From NCBI GenBank assembly GCA_022703215.1, contig JAKLEE010000002.1:1-39106 (forward strand): a stretch of DNA of 39,106 bases, written 5' to 3'. The stretch is from Spirochaetota bacterium. Its GTDB lineage: Bacteria > Spirochaetota > Spirochaetia > Treponematales > UBA12059. Below are positions 1 to 8,003 of this stretch, in pieces. Position 1 is the first letter of the stretch. Every line of letters begins with the position of its first letter. The notes under the pieces were generated by a model. That model was not told where the DNA came from and ran no database searches. It saw nothing but the letters and a program-made list of their open reading frames with translations. A program made the translations under genes and the position numbers.

Positions 1-1
1 A

Positions 2-1453
2 AACTCGAACTACGGTGACGCCACGTCGCTCCTGACTCAGATCATCGAGTCGGCGACGCGGCTCACCGAGGGCGAGGCGTCGAGCCTCATGCTCCGCAAT
101 CCGGAGGACGGCAGGCTCTACTTCGAGATCGCCCTCGGCCCCAAGGGCCGCGAGGTCAAGAAGTTCTCCGTCAAGCCGGGCGAGGGCATCGCCGGGTGGG
201 TGGCCGAGCACGGGCAGTCGCTCATCGTCAACGACGTCGACACCGACGCCCGCTTCACCGGCGAGATTTCCAAGTCGATCGGCTTTCCCACCTGGTCCAT
301 ACTCGCGGTGCCCATGCTCGTGCGCGAGCGCCTCGTGGGCGTCATCGAGATCCTCAACAAGAAAGGCAAGAAGTACTTCACGCAGGACGACCTCCAGTGG
401 CTGGAGGTATTCGCCGTGCAGGCGGCCATCGCCATCGAGAACGCGCGCTTCCTCGAGAAGGCGCGCGAGGAGATCGGCTTCCTGCGGAACCAGATCAGCG
501 CCGACAAGGGCTGGCACACGCTGGTCACGCAGAGCGCCGTCATGGCCGAGAAGCTCGACCTGATCGACCGTGTGGCGCGCACCGAATCGTCCGTGCTCAT
601 ACTCGGCGAGAGCGGCACCGGCAAGGAGCTCTTCGCCGAGCAGGTCCACCTCCGTTCGAACCGCCGCTCGGGCCCCTTCGTCCGCGTGAACTGCGCGGCG
701 CTGCCGGAGGGCCTCCTCGAGAGCGAGCTCTTCGGCCACGTCAAGGGCGCCTTTACCGACGCTGTGCAGAGCCGCAAGGGCCGCTTCGAGCTCGCCGACG
801 GGGGCACCATCTTCCTCGACGAGATAGCCGAGGTGCCGATCAAGCTCCAGGCGAAGCTGCTCAGGGTGCTCCAGCAGAAGACCTTCGAGCCGGTCGGCTC
901 GTCCGACTCGATCACGGTCGACGTCCGCATCGTCGCCGCGACGAACCGGGACATCGAGGCGCAGGTCGAGAAGGGCGAGTTCCGCTCGGACCTCTACTAC
1001 CGGCTCAACGTCCTTCCCATCTACATCCCTCCGCTCAGGCAACGCAAGGAAGACATCCCGGTCCTCGCCGACCACTTCCTCAAGCGCTTCTCGCGCGAGA
1101 CCAAGAAGTCGTTCTCCGGCTTCACCGATTCCGCGATGGACCTGATGCTGTCCTATCCCTGGCCGGGCAACGTGCGCGAGCTCGAGAATGCCGTCGAGCG
1201 CGCCTGCGTCATCGCCTCGGAGAACAGGATCCACGACCGCGACCTCCTGGTGGGCGACCGCGGCACCTCGCAGGACGCCTACAAGGGCAAGAGCCTCAAG
1301 GACGCCCTCGTCATCTTCAAGAAGCACTTCATCCGCCGCGCCCTCGACGAGCACGAGTGGAACCAGACCGAGACGGCCAAGGTGCTGGACATCCAGCGCA
1401 CCTACCTCTCGAGGCTGATCAAGGAACTTTCGATAGCGAATCCCAAGGAGTGA
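2..1453 (+). CDS. sigma-54-dependent transcriptional activator (GAF sensor + AAA+ + Fis-type HTH); 5' end truncated by window edge
   Basis: The frame of ORF 89..1453 stays open back to nt 2 (NSNYGDATSLLTQIIESATRLTEGEASSL...), so the N-terminus lies off-window. It has a GAF-like N-domain, Walker A GESGTGKE, ESELFGH, a GAFTDA loop, Walker B GGTIFLDEI, RSDLYYRLNV, and a C-terminal HTH NQTETAKVLDIQRTYLSRLIKEL. Confidence 0.9.
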   Translation, partial: NSNYGDATSLLTQIIESATRLTEGEASSLMLRNPEDGRLYFEIALGPKGREVKKFSVKPGEGIAGWVAEHGQSLIVNDVDTDARFTGEISKSIGFPTWSILAVPMLVRERLVGVIEILNKKGKKYFTQDDLQWLEVFAVQAAIAIENARFLEKAREEIGFLRNQISADKGWHTLVTQSAVMAEKLDLIDRVARTESSVLILGESGTGKELFAEQVHLRSNRRSGPFVRVNCAALPEGLLESELFGHVKGAFTDAVQSRKGRFELADGGTIFLDEIAEVPIKLQAKLLRVLQQKTFEPVGSSDSITVDVRIVAATNRDIEAQVEKGEFRSDLYYRLNVLPIYIPPLRQRKEDIPVLADHFLKRFSRETKKSFSGFTDSAMDLMLSYPWPGNVRELENAVERACVIASENRIHDRDLLVGDRGTSQDAYKGKSLKDALVIFKKHFIRRALDEHEWNQTETAKVLDIQRTYLSRLIKELSIANPKE

Positions 1454-1457
1454 CATC

Positions 1458-2180
1458 ATGGCCGCACAGAAGCCCGACAAGGGCGCGGAGAGGGACCAGG
1501 GCGCCGAGCCCGGTCTCGCCGCGAAACTCAACGACTTCCTCCGCAGAAACCGGGTGGCGGCCTTCGCCGTCCTCGTGACGCTGGTCGTCGGCATTGCAGG
1601 CGTCGCCGTCTGGTCCGTGGTCTCGGAAGCCGCCGACGCCAAGGCGGCCCTCGCCGTCGAGGCCGCCGACGCCTCCTTCGCGGCCTGGACCTCCGCTCCC
1701 GACGCCGCCGCCAAGTCGGATCTCGAGGCGACGCTGCGCGCCGAGCTCGAGGCCCTCTCCGCCCGTTACGGAACCGACTGGCCCGGCCTCCACGCCGAGC
1801 TCCTCGCGGCGCGCATGGTCGCCGAGGCCGGCAAATGGGCCGAGGCCGAGAGCCTCTACGCCGCGCTCGCCCGCAAGGCTCCCGCGACCAGCCATGTGGG
1901 CCCCGCGGCCTACCGCTACGCCGCCGACGCGGCCGAGCGTGCCGGCGCCAATGACCGTGCCGCAACCCTGCTGAACGAATTCCTCGCGGCCTGGGAAGGC
2001 AAGGCACCCGGCGCCGAGCGCGCGCACCTCGCGCTCCTCCGGCTCGCCGAGGCCGTCCGCGACTACGCGGCCGCCCGCGAGCAGTACGAGGTCATGGTCT
2101 CGCGCTATCCCGATTCGGATTGGACAAAGCTCGCGGCCAACCGTATACTCTACCTCGAATCGCAGGGTCTCCTGGACTAG
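1458..2180 (+). CDS. membrane-anchored Ala-rich TPR-like protein, function unknown
   Basis: The start lies 4 nt after the activator stop. There is a single N-terminal TM segment (VAAFAVLVTLVVGIAGVAVWSVV) followed by helical repeat-like sequence (YAAAREQYEVMVSRYPDSDW). GC3-rich codon usage supports coding. No specific family recognised. Confidence 0.6.
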   Translation: MAAQKPDKGAERDQGAEPGLAAKLNDFLRRNRVAAFAVLVTLVVGIAGVAVWSVVSEAADAKAALAVEAADASFAAWTSAPDAAAKSDLEATLRAELEALSARYGTDWPGLHAELLAARMVAEAGKWAEAESLYAALARKAPATSHVGPAAYRYAADAAERAGANDRAATLLNEFLAAWEGKAPGAERAHLALLRLAEAVRDYAAAREQYEVMVSRYPDSDWTKLAANRILYLESQGLLD

Positions 2181-2199
2181 GGGTTTTCCACGCGGAAGC

Positions 2200-2226
2200 G
2201 GCCCGGGGCGACCCGGGCCTTTTTCT
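2200..2226 (+). terminator. rho-independent terminator after the TPR-like gene
   Basis: GGCCCGGG-gcga-CCCGGGCC is a perfect 8-bp GC stem followed by TTTTTCTTT, starting 20 nt after the stop at 2180. The sequence was confirmed via the translation of track ORF 2120..4663. Confidence 0.6.
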
Positions 2227-2242
2227 TTATACGGAGGTCAGC

Positions 2243-4663
2243 ATGGCCAAGCGCCGCTCGAAATTCTTCGAGACGAGGTACTTCGCTTTCGTGATCGGCC
2301 TGGTCCTGTTCCTGGCGTTTTTCGCGGTGGGAACCTGGACCGTCTGGCTCGAAGGCCTCGAGCTTGCCGCCTTCGATTCCCATTTCAAGCTCAAGGAAAA
2401 CATCCAGCAGAGCTCCTCGCAGGTCGGAGCCGAGAGCACGACCCGAAGCCACCGCATATCGGAGGACATCCTGATCATCGGGGTGGACTTCAACTCGCTC
2501 TCCCGCTACGGCCGTTGGCCGTTCCCCCGCTGGCGGCACGCGGACCTGGTAAACGCCTTCTCGCGCATCACCGACCAAGCGAACCGCGAGCGCGCGCTCT
2601 TCATCGACGTGTTCTTCATCGATCCCGACCGGGTCGTCGAGGATGACGCGGCCCTCGTCGACGCAATAGCCGATTCCGGCAGGGTCTTCCTCGAAACCGT
2701 GCTAACCGACACCCCTGCGGGCATCGTCGACCAGCACGTGCTCTCGGAACGGCAGGCCATCCTGTACGAGGGCTGGGGCACGATACGCAACGTGCGCGGC
2801 GACTGGAAATCCATGCGCGAGTTCCTCGGCTACGAACCGCCGCTCCCCGATTACGCCGCCGCGGTGAAGGGTTACGGCCATGCCAATTTCATCGCCGACC
2901 TGGACGATGTATATCGAAGGCAGCCGCTCGTGCTCAAATCGAGCGAACTCATCGAGGAACTGTTGCTCGACGATCTCGCGCCGGGCTACGACGTCAACGC
3001 GGCGGCCTTCGAGAGGCTTTCGTGGACCGATACGGACGGCCTAACGCACGACGTGAAGCTCCCCCTGACGGCGCGCGAGCTCGAGCGCCTCGTGGAGGAC
3101 ATGACGGAGAACGCGCCTGTCGTCATCGAGGATATCGACGGCGACGGCGCCGCCGACAGGAGCTACCACGTCCTCCAGCGCTACAGGGATTTCTTCGTGC
3201 CCTCGATCACGCTCTCCCTCGCGCTCGATTACTTCGGCAAGACCCTCGACGATCTCGTCGTGGAGATCGGCAAGGAAATCGTCATCTCCGCGCCCATGAA
3301 GTGGGACGCTGATGAATCGGCCTGGTTGCCCTACAGGGTTCTGGTCAAGCCGGGCGTCTGGAACGAAGGGGAATTGATCGAGGAGGAGATATATCGGGCT
3401 GTGCCCGAGATCCGCATCCCGATCGACGGGCAAGGCCGCATGCTCGTCAATTTCATGGGCCGGCCCTCCGCCGACAGCCCTGACGGGGTCCAGACCTTCC
3501 CTGTGCGCTCTTACGCGGGCTACGCCGACAAGGCGCCTCCGGCGGATCCGGAAACCTGGCGCCGTCCGACAATGGCCGCCAAGGGCAAGATCCTGATGGT
3601 CGGAGCCTTCGCGCGCGGCGTCGCCCAGGACGAAAAGCCCACGCCCTATGGCCTGATGTATGGCATCGAGATGCATGCCAACGCGCTCAACACCATAATC
3701 ATGGACAACTTCCTGCGCTACGCGCCAGCCTGGCTCGACGCGCTGGTGCTGTTCGCGATAATCATGCTCACCAGCCTCTACAGCTCGCGCATCTCCACCG
3801 TCTGGTCCTTCTTCCTGACCCTCTTCCTCGTATTCGCGTTGTTCATCGGGATCACGCTCACCTTCGACTACCGCCAGACGGTGTTCGCCTACGCCTCCCC
3901 GGCGCTCGGCTCGGTCTTCGCGTTCATCGCCATCGTCGCGTACCGCGCCTTCACCGAGGAGCGCGACAAGCGCATGATCCGCGACACCTTCGGCAAGTAC
4001 GTAAGCCCCCGCGTCGTGGACCAGCTGGTCGAATCGCCACCCGAGCTCGGCGGCGTCGACAAGGAGCTCACCGTCTTCTTCTCGGACATCCGCGGCTTCA
4101 CCACCTTCTCCGAGAACATGTCGCCGCAGGAACTCGTGAACCATCTGAACGTATACCTCGGCGCCATGACGGACCTCGTGCTGGAATATGGCGGCACGCT
4201 CGACAAGTACATCGGCGACGCCGTCATGGCCTTCTGGGGCGCGCCCCTGCCGCAAAAGGACCACGCGGTGCTGGCCTGCAAGTGCGCCCTCCGCCAGATG
4301 GAGAAGCTCCGCGAGCTCAACGCCGCCTGGCCCGAGCATAAGCGCATCAACATCGGCATCGGTCTCAATTCCGGCATCATGACCGTCGGCAACATGGGTT
4401 CCAAGATCCGCATGAACTACACGCTCACCGGCGACAACGTGAACATCGGCAGCCGCCTCGAGGCGACGAACAAGGAGTACGGCACCAACATCATCCTGAG
4501 CGAGTCGACCTACGCCCTGGTCAAGGACAAATTCCTGGTCCGCGAACTCGACAACATCCGCGTGAAAGGCAAGAACAAGCCGGTGGTCATCTACGAGCTC
4601 GTCGACTGCCTCGAGAGCCTCGATCCTCCCGCTTCGCTCGTCGATGATGTCAAGCGCAAGTAA
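2243..4663 (+). CDS. CHASE2 sensor domain-containing class III adenylate cyclase
   Basis: Track ORF 2120..4663 was trimmed to the ATG at 2243 (MAKRRSKFFETRYFAFVIGL), which is preceded by GGAGG 6 nt upstream. The protein has an N-terminal TM, a large periplasmic region, three C-proximal TMs, and then a cyclase homology domain: FFSDIRGFT, DKYIGDAVMAFWGAP, LTGDNVNIGSRLE. The Lys/Asp specificity pair suggests ATP as substrate. Confidence 0.88.
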   Translation: MAKRRSKFFETRYFAFVIGLVLFLAFFAVGTWTVWLEGLELAAFDSHFKLKENIQQSSSQVGAESTTRSHRISEDILIIGVDFNSLSRYGRWPFPRWRHADLVNAFSRITDQANRERALFIDVFFIDPDRVVEDDAALVDAIADSGRVFLETVLTDTPAGIVDQHVLSERQAILYEGWGTIRNVRGDWKSMREFLGYEPPLPDYAAAVKGYGHANFIADLDDVYRRQPLVLKSSELIEELLLDDLAPGYDVNAAAFERLSWTDTDGLTHDVKLPLTARELERLVEDMTENAPVVIEDIDGDGAADRSYHVLQRYRDFFVPSITLSLALDYFGKTLDDLVVEIGKEIVISAPMKWDADESAWLPYRVLVKPGVWNEGELIEEEIYRAVPEIRIPIDGQGRMLVNFMGRPSADSPDGVQTFPVRSYAGYADKAPPADPETWRRPTMAAKGKILMVGAFARGVAQDEKPTPYGLMYGIEMHANALNTIIMDNFLRYAPAWLDALVLFAIIMLTSLYSSRISTVWSFFLTLFLVFALFIGITLTFDYRQTVFAYASPALGSVFAFIAIVAYRAFTEERDKRMIRDTFGKYVSPRVVDQLVESPPELGGVDKELTVFFSDIRGFTTFSENMSPQELVNHLNVYLGAMTDLVLEYGGTLDKYIGDAVMAFWGAPLPQKDHAVLACKCALRQMEKLRELNAAWPEHKRINIGIGLNSGIMTVGNMGSKIRMNYTLTGDNVNIGSRLEATNKEYGTNIILSESTYALVKDKFLVRELDNIRVKGKNKPVVIYELVDCLESLDPPASLVDDVKRK

Positions 4664-5354
4664 AGCCGGCGCTTGTAATGGACAGGCCGCCAATCGTCGA
4701 TGGGAGGATGGGCGGTCGGTCCGGGCGGGGAAGGGCAAGCGGATCGGTTTAGCTCCGTTCCTCGCCTCAGCACTCGTCCTGCTGGCCGCTTCCTGCGGCA
4801 TACCGAGCTATCCTTTCCTCGCGCCGCCGCTCGCACCGACCGCCACGCCGGCCAACTACACGTTTACTTTCACGAATAATCCCGACACTTCGCCAATCTT
4901 CGACGGATTCATTTTGATGTATCGTCTTTACGCAGACGCCGCGGATATCGCCGCGGACATCAGCGCGCTGGGCACTCTGGATCCCGAACAGGACGGGCTC
5001 GCGACGTTGCGTAAGCTCGAATCCTTGGGCTACGCCCGCATACAGTCCGACCTGTCTGTGGACGATCTCGCCGAATTTATGGTCACCGTCTCGTTCAACG
5101 AAGAGCCAACTACCGCATCGGCTCCGGGTTACCTTTATCAAACACTCTACCGAGAGAACGGCAAGGGATTCGATGATATTTCATCCACCGACGACGACCT
5201 CAAGAATTCCGAAACGCCGGACACGGTCTATTCGGTGGCGCTGTATGTCTGCTCCCGGGGGCTCGACATTGAGCTTGGCGCCAGTTTCGTGACCTACTAC
5301 AGCCAGTTCGTCCAGCTCGGCTCCTTTCAGATGCGCACGCCAGTCAGCGAGTAG
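4644..5354 (+). CDS. hypothetical lipoprotein (lower GC than flanks)
   Basis: A lipobox is present at LLAAS|C (FLASALVLLAASCGIPS). The only canonical in-frame starts are ATG ATG at 4644/4647, which overlap the cyclase 3' end by 20 nt and give an unusually long n-region, so the start is uncertain. No recognisable domain. Confidence 0.55.
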   Translation: MMSSASKAGACNGQAANRRWEDGRSVRAGKGKRIGLAPFLASALVLLAASCGIPSYPFLAPPLAPTATPANYTFTFTNNPDTSPIFDGFILMYRLYADAADIAADISALGTLDPEQDGLATLRKLESLGYARIQSDLSVDDLAEFMVTVSFNEEPTTASAPGYLYQTLYRENGKGFDDISSTDDDLKNSETPDTVYSVALYVCSRGLDIELGASFVTYYSQFVQLGSFQMRTPVSE

Positions 5355-5492
5355 CAGCAAGGGGAAGGCAACTCCCATGGCAACTTGACTTCTCTTACTT
5401 CCTATAATGTATATTCTGTCTACTATTTAGAACCCCCGGATTGCGCGTGTTCATCGCGGCAAGGAGCTTCCGTGGGAGCCGGACGCTCCGAT

Positions 5493-8003
5493 TCAGGCCA
5501 GGAGCGAAAGGATCTTGAGGTAGGACTCGGGGCCGGCCCTGCCGTCCGCGTACTGGCGAATCCGCACAAGGCGCAGGTTACGCGCGGGGTCGACGCCGAG
5601 CAGGCGCTCGAGCATGGCCGGGAGTCCGAGTTCCTTGCGTCCGCCGTTTTTCAGGCGAAGTCGCAGCGAGGTTCCGGACGCTTCGGCCAACGACCCCGCG
5701 AGTTCCGGAACCGCCAATTCCCCCGCGAATCGGGCGGCGAGCGCCGCGGCAGCCTCCGGGTCCGCGCACGCGAGCTCCCACGCCGATCCCCAGGCGAGCG
5801 AAGCCAGCGAGCGACGCTTCCTGCCCTCCACGAACGGGACCCAGACCGCCTCGAGAGGCTCGATACCCTCCGGAAGGCAGGCTGCCAGCCGCCGCAGGAA
5901 CTCGCCTTCGTCCACGCGCCGTTCCAGCACCGCGAGACCGAGCTCTTCCATGGAGGAGACGCCTATCGGAAGCGGATCCGAAAGCTCGAGGCGCGAGAGC
6001 GGGTTGAAGCCTTCCGAGAGGGCGACCGGCAGATCGGAAATGAGGAAGGCGCGGTGGAACGCGTCATGGAACTGGTGATGCGGCCAGAAAGGAGTCCGTC
6101 CGACTCGGCGCCAGGTAAACGCCATCCGCCCTTCATTACACGCCTGCGCCCGCTGGCCGACCGGAGCCTGATCCTCCGCGACGGGCGCGGGGCATTCGCT
6201 GATTATCGCTTCCAGGAATTCCGAATGTATCTTATTTGTTACACTCGTTCCCTTTTCCACACACGAGCCGCAGAGCTCCGCACAGGAATCGGTGCAGATC
6301 CCGGTCAGGATCGAACGAGTCGAGCGCTCGAGCTCGCGAAGCAGCCATTTCCGCGAAACGCGGAGCTTGACGTCCTGCCAGGGCAAGGCTTCCTCGAAGT
6401 TCCGTCCGCGCGCGGCGTCGGCCCAGGGATCATAGCCCCGTTCGGCGGAAACCCGCGCCGCTTCCAGCCAGAGGTCCTTCCTCGAATGCTCTTCCCATGC
6501 GTCGAGACGGCAGCCGAGGCGCCACGCGTCGAGCGCGAAGTCGCCCGCGCGCGCGTCCCCCCGGGAAAAGACCCCTTCGAGCGCGGACAGGAAAGGATCG
6601 TGCCAGCTGAGCTTGACGCGGCGCTCGCGGCGGAAGGCCTCGCGGATGACCGCCAGTCGCGCGGACGCCGCATCCGCGGCGAGCGCGGGCGACCACTGGT
6701 AGGGCGTGTGCGCCTTGGGCACGAAAGTGCCGACGTTGACATTAAGCTGGAAAGTCGTGGCGGCAAGGAGTCGCCTGACGTATTCGACGAGCGCTTCCGC
6801 CTCGCCCTCCCCCGCCCCTCCGGGAACCGGAAGCCCGAGCATGAAATAGAACTTGGCCTGGCGGTACCCGCGTCGCTTCGCCTCGTCAAGGATGCCTACG
6901 ATACGCTCGAAGGTCACCGTCTTGTTGATGGATAGCTGCCAATGGTCGGCCGGCGTCTCGACCGCGAAGGTCAGGCCGCTTTTCCGGGTTTGGGCAATCT
7001 CCTCGATGATCGGCAACGGAAAGCTGTCGACCTTGAGCGAGGGCAGCTGGAACGAGACCTTGCGCGGGCCGTAGCGGGCGTTGAGGGCGCGGAGCAGCAG
7101 GTCGACTCGCGGGTAGTCCCCCGATGACAGGGACGAAACGGTGATCTCCCGGTGGCCGCCTTTCGAGACGAGCCGTTCGACGTCCTCGAAGATCGCCTCC
7201 GGTTCGCGGACGCGCTGGGGACGGTAAAAATAGCCGGCGTGGCAGAAGCGGCAACCGTTCGGACAGCCGCGCATGATCTCGACGACTCCGTGGTCCTGGA
7301 CGGGCTTGAGCGAGGGAATCGGCAAGGCAGTATCATAGCGCCGAGAGGGGAACCCTTCGTCCACGGCGCGGATTGCCGTCTTGCCGGGCATCCAGAAAGC
7401 CTTTTCCCCCGAGATCCTGGCGAGCAGCTCAGGCCTGCGGGCACCGGCTTTCTTCAAGGCCGCGAGTTCGGAGGCGAGCGCAAAGAAGCCGGCCTCCGCC
7501 TCACCTATCCAGACGGCGTCGACAAAGGGAGAAAACGGCGCGGGATTGGTGATCGCCGGCCCCCCAGCGATCACGACCGGATCGTTCCCGCCCCGGTCTT
7601 CGCTCCGCAACGGGATGCCCGCGGCCGAGAGCACCGTGAGTATCCCGGTGATGGATAGCTCGTAACCGATGGAGAAGGCGACGAGGTCGCAGTCGCGGAC
7701 AAGCATGCCGGTTTCGAGCGTATAGAGCGGCAAGCCCTTTTTTGCCAGCAACGCCTCGAAGTCCGGAGCCGGGGCGAATACGCGCTCGCAGCGGACGTTC
7801 TCGAGCGCATTCAGGCCCGAGTAGAGGATGCGTATGGCGTTGTTGGACGTGCCGATCTCGTACAGGTCCGGAAAGCAGAGCGCGACATCGAGGAAGCCCT
7901 CGCCTTCCTTGCGGACGGCGCCATACTCGCCGCCGAGATACCGCGAAGGCTTGCGGACTTCCAGCAGCGAATCGCCGAGGGCGCGGACCGGATCGATCCT
8001 CAC
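5493..8003 (-). CDS. radical SAM protein, fused TIGR03960-like (B12-binding-like + radical SAM) and TIGR03936/DUF2344-like domains; function unknown
   Basis: Track ORF 5493..8642 was trimmed to the GTG at 8003, because the upstream part lies inside rodA in another frame. The N-terminus VRIDPVRALGDSLLEVRKPSRYLGGEYG is typical of the family. The radical SAM motif is CPNGCRFCHAG. The C-terminal third (FHRAFLISDLPVALSEGFNPLSRLELSDPLPIGV) resembles DUF2344. GTG overlaps the rodA TGA (GTGA). Confidence 0.85.
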   Translation of the reverse strand: MRIDPVRALGDSLLEVRKPSRYLGGEYGAVRKEGEGFLDVALCFPDLYEIGTSNNAIRILYSGLNALENVRCERVFAPAPDFEALLAKKGLPLYTLETGMLVRDCDLVAFSIGYELSITGILTVLSAAGIPLRSEDRGGNDPVVIAGGPAITNPAPFSPFVDAVWIGEAEAGFFALASELAALKKAGARRPELLARISGEKAFWMPGKTAIRAVDEGFPSRRYDTALPIPSLKPVQDHGVVEIMRGCPNGCRFCHAGYFYRPQRVREPEAIFEDVERLVSKGGHREITVSSLSSGDYPRVDLLLRALNARYGPRKVSFQLPSLKVDSFPLPIIEEIAQTRKSGLTFAVETPADHWQLSINKTVTFERIVGILDEAKRRGYRQAKFYFMLGLPVPGGAGEGEAEALVEYVRRLLAATTFQLNVNVGTFVPKAHTPYQWSPALAADAASARLAVIREAFRRERRVKLSWHDPFLSALEGVFSRGDARAGDFALDAWRLGCRLDAWEEHSRKDLWLEAARVSAERGYDPWADAARGRNFEEALPWQDVKLRVSRKWLLRELERSTRSILTGICTDSCAELCGSCVEKGTSVTNKIHSEFLEAIISECPAPVAEDQAPVGQRAQACNEGRMAFTWRRVGRTPFWPHHQFHDAFHRAFLISDLPVALSEGFNPLSRLELSDPLPIGVSSMEELGLAVLERRVDEGEFLRRLAACLPEGIEPLEAVWVPFVEGRKRRSLASLAWGSAWELACADPEAAAALAARFAGELAVPELAGSLAEASGTSLRLRLKNGGRKELGLPAMLERLLGVDPARNLRLVRIRQYADGRAGPESYLKILSLLA

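Noticed and set aside
495-515. A TGGCAC motif could be the -24 element of a sigma-54 promoter, which would be relevant given the EBP gene.
   Set aside because: It lies inside the activator CDS (codons for GWHTLV) and is not followed by TTGC at the required spacing. I found no convincing TGGCAC-N5-TTGC element in any intergenic region of the window.
3041-4801. Very long ORFs run antisense to, or out of frame with, clearly homologous genes. Examples: 3041..4801(-), 9760..11274(+), 15977..17884(+), 23404..24546(+), 29802..31007(+), 31664..33268(+), 33196..34833(+), 33815..35773(-), 36468..38153(-).
   Set aside because: These are typical high-GC shadow ORFs. Their translations are Arg/Gly/Pro/Ala-rich and low-complexity, have no recognisable motifs, and fully overlap genes with strong family signatures on the other strand or frame.
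5385-5408. TTGACT and TATAAT hexamers occur in the AT-rich convergent spacer and look like a perfect promoter.
   Set aside because: The spacer between them is only 12 nt (verified via the translation of ORF 5385..6935), which is incompatible with a sigma70 -35/-10 pair. No good -35 lies at 16-18 nt. Transcription from here would only run antisense into the radical SAM gene. I kept it only as part of the compositional-dip finding.
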